DNA of 64,000 nucleotides from Lineus longissimus (Eukaryota): NCBI RefSeq assembly GCF_910592395.1, contig NC_088308.1, positions 2,418,001 to 2,482,000 of the forward strand, read 5' to 3'. Shown piece by piece: positions 1 to 15,940 of this stretch (position 1 is its first letter; each line of letters starts with the position of its first letter). The notes under the pieces were generated by a model. It saw only the letters and a program-made list of their open reading frames with translations, ran no database searches and was not told where the DNA came from. The position numbers and the translations under genes were made by a program.

Positions 1-3000
1 TTTTTATTTTTAAAGCTATTTCCAAACACGTCCGCACATGCTAATACCGGAGAGGCTTTATAGCCCATATCCGTGCTTGTTTGAAACGTGCAAGGATTGA
101 AATTTTGATTGACATTTAATAAAGATTGGACAAAATTTCCAATTTAAGAGCAACATACATAGACATGCACGGCCAATGACCTACAATGTACGATGCGAAT
201 ACATTTCTACACAAAATTTCTATTTCAACCACACAATTGACTTCGAGGATACCTGTACTTGGCGTACGGTATCTCCAAAGCTAGATCACCGACTGATAAT
301 TCCAGAGAACGTTTGTAAACGTTACTGATATGTTAGTATTTGATGTTATGGTATTTCTGATGACACAATTATTTGAACAACATGATTGCTCTAATCTGTG
401 CCGATCAAAACGCAATTTTGTAATTGATATAATATGGTCGTTTATAAGCAAAATGCCCTAGATACATAATTTGCATCTGGAAAGAAGACTCACCGTATTC
501 AAACAGTGGAATATGCACTTGGAATACATGGAATATCGTTCCTGCTGCAGAAAAACATATGAAATAATTAGGTCAGGAAAACTGGGTCATGACCTTGAGA
601 AATCGGTGTACCTGTTCTATCGGTTTGCCAAGTTTTGTAACGAAGCGATTCAGTCTATCAGGCGCGCGTAATAGTTGCAACTCACATTCGTTGGTAAAGA
701 CATGTAACATTGCTCCCGAATTGTGGCCCAGTTCACCATTCGATCTTATCAAAGAAAGAGCTGTAATATAGTATATAATATGTCAAATGTTTCGCTGATA
801 AAATAAGAATGCTAACATTCCAACTCTTACTGTATTTTTGCATTTATGATGACATGTCCACTAATGACAAAAAATGGAGTAACATGCATAAAAATATGCA
901 GGAAAAATACTACGTAACGTAATGTTATTTTAGGGCTAAACATCATGATTTACCTCGTGGAGGTAAAGAAATAAAGCAACATATGTATTCAGAGGTGGCA
1001 TCATTCCTCCTGAGAGTGATATTAATCGTCAACCAAAGATCTTGGGTTCTAACTCCGGTTTGACATTGGTGTTGCCAGCAGTGTAAGTGGGCCATCATAT
1101 AGAAATTTCGGTGTAATTGACCAATTTTCCTTTTCTGTTTTCTGTTTCACGAATCCAGCTGCATGATGGCTTTCGATGTCTGTCCAGCAGATTTTCTCCC
1201 GTCTTCACCTCACAAACTAAACCAATTTGGTTTTGTATGACTATTTGGTGTCCTGGAATGTACTTTGTTGAGTCTGTACATTTCATCACCACCTTAAACG
1301 AGTTACTTCCTTTGCGAAATTGGAGAAGCTGTGCACATTTTCAGGTGGTAACTGTTAGTTTCGTGTCCGATATATATTAACGTACATGAAGGTATATCCT
1401 TCAACGCTGATTGAGTCTGTAAACTGAAGTCAACTAATGGACCGACAAAAAGACATTGAAACAAAAGCAACTGCCATTATTCAAGTTAATTTAATAACAA
1501 AGGAACAGTTTTAAGCGGTTTTAGGGAGATTACTATATATTCCAACGCTACATCATCAATCTTTCTCATCACAGTTGCATTTATTAAAGGTAAATGAGAG
1601 AGTCTATTAAGGGGCGTTGAAGGATATTTAAGCTTGAGTGGTAAGGTTGTTATAGGCAAAGCTATAAGAAATCATGATTTGTTCTGTCTTACCTGAAAGT
1701 ATGCCTTCTTATCCGCGAACTATTCCTGTTCCCTTGGAGAACAGAACGTTTCCAAAAATGTTTCTAACAACGCAAAAGACAGTCTGGAAACTCGGGTCAT
1801 CGTCTCGGAAACTGTCATAACAATATTCCCAAAGCTCCTGACTTCACCACAAGTAAACTGTTGATATCAACTCCGATATCAATAACCTCCAATATGAACA
1901 GCTCTAACGTTTGCAGCTGCTTTTCAAGCTCCAACCGACTTGGCGAGAACGAGCGCAGCGCCTCGGTGCATCAGACGGCTGTATCTTCAAGGTACATGTA
2001 CGTCACCAGACATGATCGCGGATAGGACACGTTACGATTAAAAATACTGAATGGCATGATTTCAGTTTAATTTCAACAGTCGTAGTTGCATAAATGAATA
2101 CATCCATAATTCATTGCTTTTAAAGTGATCACGACATATTACTTGTTGCAGTTGTGGGTTTATTGCCACCAAGCGAATGTATGTCATCATTAAAGGAGAA
2201 ACTATAGGTAGCCGAGCTCCCCTGTCTCCAGCCAGGCGTACCCGGGGTATCACTTATTGTGAGCCATCATCTGTCACGGCAGACTCTGATGACACCCGGC
2301 CGGAAGTGTAAGGTAATCGCCGTCAACATACCATCATCAATCAGTCAATATCAAACCCTTGACAATGTGACAACGTCAGATTATGTTCCAGAACATGCAC
2401 AGTGCCGAGTTCATCAGCGTATTCTAGAGCTCACCGTATCCATATAGTTTCAGGCACCGTAAGGTGGGTAAGAGGCACTTCGATCGCTCCATCTTCATAT
2501 TGCAATGGGAGTGGTAAAGAGAGGGTTTCATCTTTTAGTGCAACAACGATTCTCACCCAGGCATATGCATTATGATGGAATATACAACTTCGGCGACATC
2601 CCCGCTGGAAGGGGTGTGGTGCAACTACTCCTTCTATGTCAAAATCATAAAATAATGGTCCTCGATTCCATTCACTTGGTAGAACGCGTAAAGAACGATT
2701 TACTTCCATTGATCTTACGACCAAAAGTGTTGCCAAGTCAAGTTGGCCAAGCAAATTGGTCAGTTGACTAGTCTAGTAAGCCATGTAGACCAAGGTAATC
2801 GATAGGTTGATAACTGTTTGGTCAGCTGACAAGTTTCCTAGTCAAAAAGGACATCGGTCGTGGACCAACGTAAAATTGGTCGAATTGGCCAACCTATCCG
2901 CAGTCATAACTTCTAGCATTTTGCTAGCATGTGGGGCGTCCTCATTCGAATTCGGTATCGGAACAGTGTACCTGTCGTATAGGATAGACAGTTTACCCAT

Positions 3001-4010
3001 ATGAACTCGTACTTCTTACAAGATTGATAGAAAAAGGCCGAAATTTATGAATGCCAAAACTGGCCTCTGTCCGCGGAATGAGTAAAACATACCACACGGG
3101 ATCTTTGGAGCAGCAAAAAATAAACGACCTTTTGTCTTTACTCTTGCGACATTTTATTTTATACAAAAATATATAACATCAGTTGCACGTACAGGCATTT
3201 ACTATCACAAGACGGATGATGTTTCAATAACTTGCTAGTGCATGCGTATAGAATAAATGGTTTCATGAAATGTATATAGGCGTCCTCGCAGCAATCACGT
3301 TTCGTACGACAAGTGTAAAAGCCAAAACGACGGTGTGAAAGATATGCGAGTAACCGTGGAGAAAGTCCGAATTTCCTCATTGTTTTCTTTGTCTGTAGTG
3401 TCAGTAGCTTTTTTCGTCAACAAACAACAGGATATAGGACTATTTTCCGGGGGGACTACAGTTTCTTCATCACCGGCAGGCCCAACAGTCCCATAGCTTC
3501 TCTATCGCACCCTTGTGGTGACTTGAACTTGCGAGAGCGCATGGTGCCCGTATGGCCTATCGGTTGAGCACGGCGCCCATGCAATTGAGATCGATCTTTC
3601 ATGAATTAGTGAATCTGAGGGGTGTAAGAAGTGTATAACACCCCTCTAAAATTCGTTAGAGGAAAGATTCGGGCGAGTTTATTGTGGTCAGTAAACGGTA
3701 TATTCATTCGATTGGGCAACGTGATGAGTACTGTTTAACCTTGAAAGAGCTCCAGTTTATCTGTACGTCTAACGTCAATAAGATCCGCCTTAGAGCTCGC
3801 CTGAAGCGATTAACTAGTTTTACCCGAAGACGAGCAATCTTTACCTCCGCACATCGCAACAAATTTGTCGCTGGTGTTGCTTTAGATAAAAATGGCTGCA
3901 TTACTTCGATATGCATATCAAATGACGGTACTGTTTTCACATCAATCCTTCCCCGGCCCTTAGTGACCAGGATGACGTGCCCAAAGTTACTGAGTGCATA
4001 TTATGCGAGT

Positions 4011-7209
<3,199 letters not shown>

Positions 7210-7343
7210 TTATGAGAATGCAGACGATCGATGCTTGTGTGGAACGCTCAGCCTTACTAATGACACCGCCCATAGGCGAACAGTGGTTTTATGTGTCGTA
7301 TGGATGATTTGTGGTGGAAGGTTCCAGCGACTCCGAAATTCTA

Positions 7344-7375
7344 CCATATAAGGACAAGTGTATTTCCATATATGG
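7344..7375. promoter_or_regulatory. Two tandem CArG boxes upstream of the actin ATG
   Basis: CCATATAAGG (7344-7353) and CCATATATGG (7366-7375), both perfect CC(A/T)6GG, 165-196 bp 5' of the ATG. Confidence 0.7.
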
Positions 7376-7714
7376 CAAGGCGTTCAATCTCATAGAGTCG
7401 GGAGTCAGTAGACCGTGTTGTATGTTTCTACGTATAGCCATCAGTAGGTGTTTAACACTGCATGGTGCATGCAAAGCTTTATCAGATATGAGCGGAAACG
7501 GGATGAAATGCGAGTCTAGTATTAAATATGCCAGAATTAATTCATATTAGTGAACAGCAGATTTGTGTAGACGTATGGATGTGAGAGTCAGGGTTTTATT
7601 AGGCTGTGCGTCTAGACGGATTTGCTAAGTATAGATGGTAAGCGCGTGGGCGAAGAACGATACGAGGAGACAGGTATAGAGCAGGATTCCGCGTATATGG
7701 CTGGCGCGAGTGGA

Positions 7715-8170
7715 CAGAATTCAGAATTATGCCACGGCATAAATAGGAATTGTGGTGCACCATAAATCGACCAATCAAAACCTCGGATTTCGTGAATTAT
7801 GCCGCGGCATAAATAGGAATTGTGGACGGAAGTGTCATTTATGGAGGACGGAAGTAAATCAGAATTGTGGTGCACCATAAATCAACCAATCAAAACATCG
7901 GATCTCTAACATCCGGCGTCCATAAATAGCACTTCCGGCGTCCATATATCGCACTTCCGGCGTCCATAAATCGCACTTCCGTCCATAAATTCGGCTCTCT
8001 GATTGGCTGTCTGCTATTACGAATATAGTCGTGGGTCTAAAACGATTATAGTCGTGGGTTGATTCATTTATGTCGTGGTATAATTCAGATTTAATGGTCA
8101 CCATAATTCATGAAATGCGGGGTTCTGATTGGCTGTCTACTATTATGAATATAGTCGTGGTATAAATCTG
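7715..8170. repeat. Internally repetitive segment, probable non-autonomous element remnant
   Basis: Repeated blocks GCACCATAAATCRACCAATCAAAAC (x2), 22-bp CCGGCGTCCATAAATCGCACTT (x3) and CTGATTGGCTGTCTRCTATTAYGAATATAGTCGTGG (x2); boundaries approximate. Confidence 0.5.
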
Positions 8171-9642
8171 ATTTATCCCGACCCTTAATTCAGATATTTG
8201 TCCACTCCCGCCAGCCATATGCGTAGGCGCTGGTGGCGCTGGGTGGCAAGAGTAAAAGATACCATTTACGTTATTGGTTGTTAAGGCTATAAAATTCGAC
8301 AGATTTTGGCAGATTTCAATGTGTGGAACGATATCAGCAGGTTTGACAGATGATATCAATCAGTGTTAATATGGGGGTGCCACTCCAATGATTTTGGAGT
8401 CTTGTCAGATTCTGCAGATGAAGTCATGCCTGGCAGTTAGAACTCACCTGCAGGTATTGATTTCGCCACTTCTGGCGCATCAGGTTGTTCGAAGGAATTT
8501 GAATGTAGGCCTACTTTAATGATATAGGAGTCGGAGCGAAAAACCCTGAATATTAAGATGACCGTGCATGCCCCTATTAGATCTGACTTTTATCAGCCCA
8601 GAAGTTTTAAACAGACAGTGCACCAACTGGACCAACAATTATGTAAGCTTTTGCTTTGCGTGTTGCAAGCAGTGCGATTCTCTTCCCTTACAAGCTTACT
8701 AATTTAGCGTCATCAGCTAAAATGTTTCATCGCGTTCATTTCTTGTAGTCTACACTGTACAAAAAGGACAAAAAGTTCGACTGCGATGGGTGTGAACCAG
8801 AAAGCATGAGAAACAACGCCCTTGATTGCCGATCGATATAATGATGGTTCAAATTGTCTCTTTGTAAAAACAAGTGATATCCATTGTCTGATTCTGGTGT
8901 AAAATACCTTGACGCGAAAGTCGACGCGTCGCCATGCATTATTCTTGAGAGTCAGTGTGCACTATGGGCTTATAACGTGTGCGAGGGGAGGAGCATTTAT
9001 ACGACTGACTCTAGTATTCGAGAATGCTTTTATCCGGGGTAAAAAAATATCATTGATCGCATAAATAAAGCGACAGGGGCATCAAAAGGAAAAATACTTA
9101 TAACCTCAATAGGTTTACAAACATAATCAATGGGCTGCTGACATTTCCACGTGGTTGGGTGTGGTTTTGATTTTTGAACAACATTTTTCAACACGACGGC
9201 GGACAAACAGTGAGACTAGTACTAAACATGATATAAGGCAGTTTGAAGTAGCCGACGCTTACAATTTGATTGCACGAGTGGACTATTCGGTTTGTCAAAG
9301 AATCCCCCTTCGGATTGATTAATTTAGGCAGCTACCTGTATTGAAAATTTGCCATGAGCCTTGTCGGTCAGTTCTTTCGTATTGATGTGAGACTCCTATA
9401 TAAAGACCTAATGCTAAATTCCACTCAACATGGGTGCTCTCTCGTGGAGTAGCACATGGGAGTAGCCACGGCACCTGACTGGGTTTACAGCATCGGGGTC
9501 AGTTCAGCAGTTGCGATTCCAAGTCGTGTTAAAAATGCAAGCAGTTACGTATAATCGCTCTAAGCTGGGTTCTATCGTATCGTAGTTGTATCCGAGATCA
9601 CAAGTTCCTTTTAACCACCCGTGTCCGTGTAGTAGGTCAAAT

Positions 9643-10339
9643 GGTCTCACTAGCCAGTGGTGATCAGGTCGGGATTGTAGTTCTTAAATCTCGGGCGATT
9701 ACCATGGATACAGATGGGCCTACTCTATCTCTATTGGTACTTGTTCAAATGTAAATGTCCGAGGTATTTTGTGAAGGGGTAGCTCTGATGATTATTTGAG
9801 GAACCCAGCTTCTTCTGTGCACTTACGCGGTGAGCAGGCCCTGCATGCTATTTATAGCTCAACAGGAAGTTGACGGAGACTGGTTCCTGTGACATTGCAC
9901 ATGTTCTCAAAGTAAAAAGTTCGAGGGCAAAAAACTCAAACAAAAGCCGCAACGACGCCCTGTTTTTATATAAAAGATTGAAAAAGTTGACAGTTGGCTT
10001 TCTAAAGGTGATTAGTAGATGTGTATGAAATTTTTTTTTCACCATCCTTGATAATCTTGAAGTTATAAGGCATAAAGGTGAAATTTTTCAAATTAGCGTT
10101 AACATACAGGGTACCTCATGCATTGTGTTGCATCAGTCTATGCATGACTGTATGTCTAGACGACGTTGAAACTAGGCCAGATGTATTCTAGAAGTGACAA
10201 GCTATTCAGAAATGTATAGGTTTGTGTGAGAGTAAGGTACTGCCAAGTCTACAGCCGCTGGAACTGGGGTATGCATGAAATGACGTCGCGTCATTTTTGG
10301 AGGCAGGTATGCTTGGCCTCCGCACTGGCTAGTGAGACC
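9643..10339. mobile_element. MITE with 17-bp TIRs and AAT target-site duplication
   Basis: GGTCTCACTAGCCAGTG (9643-9659) and its exact reverse complement (10323-10339); AAT on both flanks. Confidence 0.7.
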
Positions 10340-10372
10340 AATGGGTTTCCCTTTTTAGATGGCAACTTTTGG

Positions 10373-10432
10373 CCAATCAAAAACGTTGACATTTGGCGCG
10401 AGTGATGTCAGATGACGCTCAAAATTTGGCGC
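10373..10432 (+). promoter_or_regulatory. Kinase promoter: CCAAT box and two E2F-type sites
   Basis: CCAAT 10373-10377; TTTGGCGCG 10392-10400; TTTGGCGC 10425-10432; 120-180 bp upstream of ATG 10556. Confidence 0.6.
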
Positions 10433-10555
10433 AGTATTCAATCGGTTGGAGCATTATTTGGAAAGAGCTTGAGCTTTGTAGATCGAGAAGTTTTACCGGG
10501 ATTACTGATTTTTAGTTTATTTCTTATATATTCGCACCATTTTAACATTACCAAG

Positions 10556-13500
10556 ATGATCGGAATCTGTAGCGACCGCAAATGGGATGATGCTGGTAAG
10601 ATATCGATTTATATTTTTGAAATCGGCGCCTGTTTGTGTCAAGACTGTTTATTCGTTGTTTTGTGGAGGCGACGAAGAAGAAGCGCCATGTTCAGAATTT
10701 AATAGCAAGCTCAGCTCGATTTTGCTGTTATTTGAATGAATTTCTCAAGCGTTCATGTCGTTGTTTCGGAGAGCATGTATGAATCTTACAGGGGCTTCAG
10801 AGTTTGTCGGGAGTCGATATTTTCCAGGTAGGCTCACGAAAACTAACGTTGTATGAAGCCACACCGCGCGCCACACTGTGTGGTTTATGTTATGCATGTA
10901 TGGTGCAGCTCCCAGCTACATTACACTTACAGTACTGAGTACACTACATACATACATGGAAGCATGTGTACATGGAGATCATGAGATGGTATTAAGGCAA
11001 GCTACCAAGTGAGTGATGGAGAACGACAGAGCCTGAAAGCTCAACCTGGGCGAGTGGGCCCATGTAGGCCTAGGCCTATGTACTACTACTAGTACTAGGC
11101 TAGGCTACATCCCAAATTTTCAAGGCAACACTCGGGGGCTTCTTTCAATCATTCAATATCTTTAGACTTGCATGCTTATTTTTCAGATTGTCTCGCATTG
11201 CTACGACAAATCACAAAGCCACGCCAGTCAAAGTTCACAGTAAGTTTAGTAATAGTACATGATGACTAATGTAATGAGTATAAATGTTCACCCCACACCG
11301 TACCACTGGCACTGACGGAAAAACCATTGCGGTGTCATGTGATTGTTAAAGTAGTGAAGGCTATTTCTGATTACGCCAGTCAATATGAAATATATACAAT
11401 TCTTTCTGTGATGAGCTGGGTGTCCTTTCTCATGTTCATGCAACAACCACTAGTATCAGAAATTTCACTTGCAGTAATCACTGACTCAATATTTCCAGGT
11501 TTCAGTTGAGGGCAATATCGGTAGTGGCAAGTCAACCCTTCTCAAGTACTTCAAAGACTCGCCTTTTGTAGAGGCAATACAGGAACCTGTTGATCAGTGG
11601 ACCAACTTGAAAGGTCACAATGCCTTGGAGCTGCTTTACAAAGATACTGCCAGGTGGACATTCTCTTTCAACAACTACGCTCAGTTGACAAGGTTGAAGA
11701 TGCATCTGAAGAAGACGGTGAGCATCAAAATCAAAATACAAAGTGCCCGTTCAGTTGGTGTTTCAGTCTCAGTCAAAGAATGTGGCATTCTGTTTCCGAC
11801 AAGAACCTAAACTGATGGAATTTACTACATGTATTGTAGCTCAACAGTCATTACAAACACAATGTACAATTTTCCCACAGAATAATCAAGATGATACATG
11901 TATATGTGCACTAGTCTAAGGTGAAAAACTGTCTTTATCAATATACCGTATTTTCCGGCGTATGACCCGCGGCTTTTTGCCCTCAAACAGGCCCAAAAAG
12001 TGGGGGTGCGGGTAATACAAAGTTGCGGGTCTTGCGTGGATTCTGAGAGGGATAAGCCCCAACCCCAAAGAAAAAAAAGGGGACCAAACTGGTTACTTGA
12101 TAAGGATTTATGTCCATCGTTTTTGCATTGTTTTCAACCAATATTTCCGCCATGATCGCATAGTTTGTGATGTCTCCGCTAGGGAAAACAGTCTTATTTG
12201 GGGCATCTCATAAGCGATGTTGTGGTAGGTATACTGGTATAATGTCATAATGTTTTGTTATAGGGCATAATCTGTACATTTTTCAGACATGTCTTTTTCA
12301 GACTCCACTTGGTGAAGGTATGGTCGTCGTACACATCATAATATAAACGCCGATTCTTTTTCTATTTTCCTACCAATGCATAATATTGAGTTTTGAGACG
12401 GCCCTTCACTTCAAAACAAGTTACGGCCATGCTGGAATTGATCCACTTTGGTTAACAATTAGAAAAAACATGGCGGTTCTAGGATGTCAACATCAATGAA
12501 TGGCTTACTATTTTTGGAGAATGCGGGTCTTGGAGCAGTGCGGGTCATAATCAGGTGCGGGTCTTGCGTGGCTTTAGGTAATGGTCAAAGGGGGTGCGGG
12601 TCATAGGGCAGTGCGGGGGATAATCCGGAAAATACGGTAACTCCCATTGAAAACAGAATTAGTAAAATATTGTAAGAGACTTACTTATATTTTCATTGTT
12701 ATTTGCAGAGGAAGAGTGTGAAGATGTTAGAACGCTCTCTCTACAGCACAAGACATGTGTTCGTTGAAAACAACTACAGATCGTAAGTAACCTTGTTACA
12801 CTGTTTACACAATACAATGTATCTTTCAAACCTCGATGTTGTACTGGTTGTCTCACTGCGCACTGCGCACTGCTTGTCACTTACAAGGAGGATTGATTGC
12901 AACTTGCATAAGAAGCTAAACAGCATTGTTGTCATTCATCTCGCACACTTTAGTATCAATCATCTAAGCACAGTTCAACTGTACCAGGGACGAAAGCAAC
13001 AACCAGAACTCAAGGGAACCACGGGCCCAAATAATGACCCTTGTTGTGTGTGTGACGCCATATCATCACTCATATCTGCTGTCCTTTATTTTTCAGTGGT
13101 TGCATCACAGGACTTGAGTATTCTGTCCTCTCAGAATGGTATGAATGGATCATTGCTAACCAGGATGTGAAAGTGGACCTTTTTGGTAAGAACTTTACAA
13201 AAAACAAACTCCTAAAGTTATACTTATAGAAATACTCTTATGTGCCCTTGATGACTGTAATTGTAATTCTTTAATGAGTTTTCAAATTGGGGGATGAATT
13301 ACATGTACATGTTTTTCCATTAGTGGTTTAGTTGCATAATTTGTGTGATTGCTACCACTACCATTTTGCCAGGATTGATGAAGAATCCTTGTTTTTGGGT
13401 TGAAGCTATTTCGATTACTCAACCCACTTGTCCATTCTTCACCAGCCTTTTACATGTACCTGAGAATCCCTCTGTTTCTTTTAGTATACTTGAAAGCTGA

Positions 13501-13880
13501 TCCAGAGACGTGTTATGAAAGAATAAAACAACGAGCTCGGAAAGAAGAATCAACAGTACCCTTGTCGTTTATCAAGGAATTACACGACCTCCATGAGAAA
13601 TGGTTGATAGAACAGTCACTTGGAAAACTGCCAGCGCCTGTCTTAGTGAGTACTTTCAGTGTTAACAACTATTATCAGGCATCAAAGTCATGATTTGGAG
13701 ACAAGAACATAATTCAGACCACCACTGGGCATATTTGAACAGAGTTGTGTCTTTCCACTGTTCTTCTTAAACCTGACCTCCCACTCTTTTTTCCAGGTGT
13801 TAGATGCAAATATCGAAATGCCAAAGATGACCGATGTTTACGAGACGCATAAACGTGAGATCTTATGTGGATACTGCTAG
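10556..13880 (+). CDS. TK2: Deoxynucleoside kinase, TK2/dNK family; exons 10556-10595, 11187-11239, 11499-11717, 12709-12782, 13097-13185, 13485-13645, 13797-13880
   Basis: P-loop VSVEGNIGSGKST, EPVDQW, ERS motif (MLERSLYS), YLKADPETCYERIKQRARKEE lid, LHEKWL, VLDAN; all junctions GT-AG and in phase; first exon least certain. Confidence 0.92.
11946..12637. mobile_element. Tc1/mariner (pogo-like) MITE in kinase intron 3
   Basis: TA|CCGTATTTTCCGG...CCGGAAAATACGG|TA: 13-bp TIRs, TA flanks, repeated subterminal TGCGGGTC motifs, no transposase ORF. Confidence 0.8.
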
Positions 13881-15940
13881 CAATCTCAACTCTAGTCTTG
13901 ACTCGGGGATCACCAAGAGCATTTGTTATTTAAAGGACTTGTGCAAATACTTTTAAAGAAACATTCAATGTAGACATCCTTCTTAGTTTGTGCCCTTAAA
14001 GGATGGAAATGAAACTACTCGTGTACAGAGGCCAGATTTGTTTGGTCACAGCATTTATTTTAAATTTTTGTCATAATATTTGAGAGAAAACCAGACACTT
14101 CTTCAGATGAATGTACATATTGAAAACGTGCTGAAGGAGCTGGGTTGCTCTGAACCATTTTGTATTCCATAGTTCAAGTAGAAGCTTCTGTAGACCTTCT
14201 GGTGCGCCTACATCAAAAAGGTGTTGGCAAAATTAACAATTTTACGGAAGTTGTATCCTAAACTTTCACAATTGATTTACTATCGATCTATATGGGGCAG
14301 TGGCCTTTTACTTTTACTTCACTAGATTAGATCAAAGTGTTTTTAACGATACCTGAGGTGTTATTTTATGCATGTTTGTACACTCTTGATGGCGAAAATT
14401 ATTTGTAAATGAGGACAAAGAGGAGACTTTTATCTCAGTTTGAAGGTACCCGTATACAACTGGTAGGTTACTTTTAGTGGTGTAGCCATCTGATCAAGGA
14501 AAGGAACGATCTTGTATTGTAAGCAGAGGCTGCTGTGACAGCCTGAGTACAGTGTAGTAGTGGCTTGTTCACTCGATATCCTAGCATTGTTAGAATGATT
14601 ATGGTACTGTTGGAGGACCAAGCAGTTGTTTGATTGATACCCAGTTGGTAATGTATATATTTATGTGTATTATGTAAATATTTTTATAAGGAAATGAACA
14701 TAAAAATAAATAATTTATGATACAAATACATGTACTTGTCTTTGCTGTTTGTGTATTATGCTGGCATGTCTTGATGTGTTGTGATGTGGGGATATGAATG
14801 TAGGACTGATGAATGGATACATTTGACATCGTCTGTATTGCTGCTAGGAACACCAGTCCACATGCTATGAGACACCTCGTGCCTGAGAAGACGTCTGGCC
14901 AGTTGCCACCCTTACAATCTACACCCTTACAAACTGCCTGTGTGGAAGACAAGGACAGCCTGACCTGAGACAACTGCCTTTGTTAGTCGAGGCGGCTTTT
15001 ACACATGTCGAATGGAAGCATCTCGATCCAATCACACAATGCAGTTGTCTTCACCAGCGTATTTAATGTAGCACAAAACCATCCTTGGTAGGATGCATTC
15101 ATAATGTTATCAACGGTCTGCTTCTGCTATAAGGATAGTTTTGGTCGGCACCTGGCCGGGAAAGGGCGATCACATCATCTGCACTGTGATCAGTTCTTCG
15201 ATGTTATGGTAGATACGCTAGCTAGTGCTGGCTTCCAATTACCTGGACTTGTCATTGATGTTGAGACCGAGCGGTGACAAAGTGCGCAATCGATTGATCC
15301 ATGTTGACGCTTTAGAGAGTCAAATGTTCTTTGAGTTATCCACATCTGGGGCGGCATGGATGAATGAAGTCCATGCCTGGAATGCTTCCACTCCATGCAC
15401 TCCACTTGATTCTGAAACATTCTCTCAGATGTTGGGCTTGTCAGGAAAAGGAGCCCTATCAAGGCACCCTTACATATATGTATTCAACAGAAAGCCATGA
15501 TCAAGACAAAGTTCTGCTTCAAAAGTCTCAACAAAATATTTATTTCTCAACGAAACATGTTCAATACACTGTACAATACACGACACATTATTATACATTG
15601 TACCTCAAATACATTATCAATACCTTCTATTTACATAATCTTGAATGGCAAGAATTAATATTCATATCACAGCCATTTGGCAATCACTCACTTACAACAT
15701 AAGCAACCTCATCTGGGATGATACATGGACACATGTACATGTAACAACAACATTCTGAACACTGATTGTTAAATTCTTGGACACATATCGAATGGATAAT
15801 CGAGACTGAGTGTAGAAATTCACTCTCAATCACTTATTACTTATCAATTTCACTTTGATATTTATGCAAAAAATCCTATAATGTTCATCACAATCTTACA
15901 TGTATTCACAGAGAAAATATACATTGTCCACAGCTCATTT

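Noticed and set aside
10412..10555. In-frame upstream ATG for the kinase
   Set aside because: Lies among the promoter motifs and is probably upstream of or at the transcription start; not fully excluded
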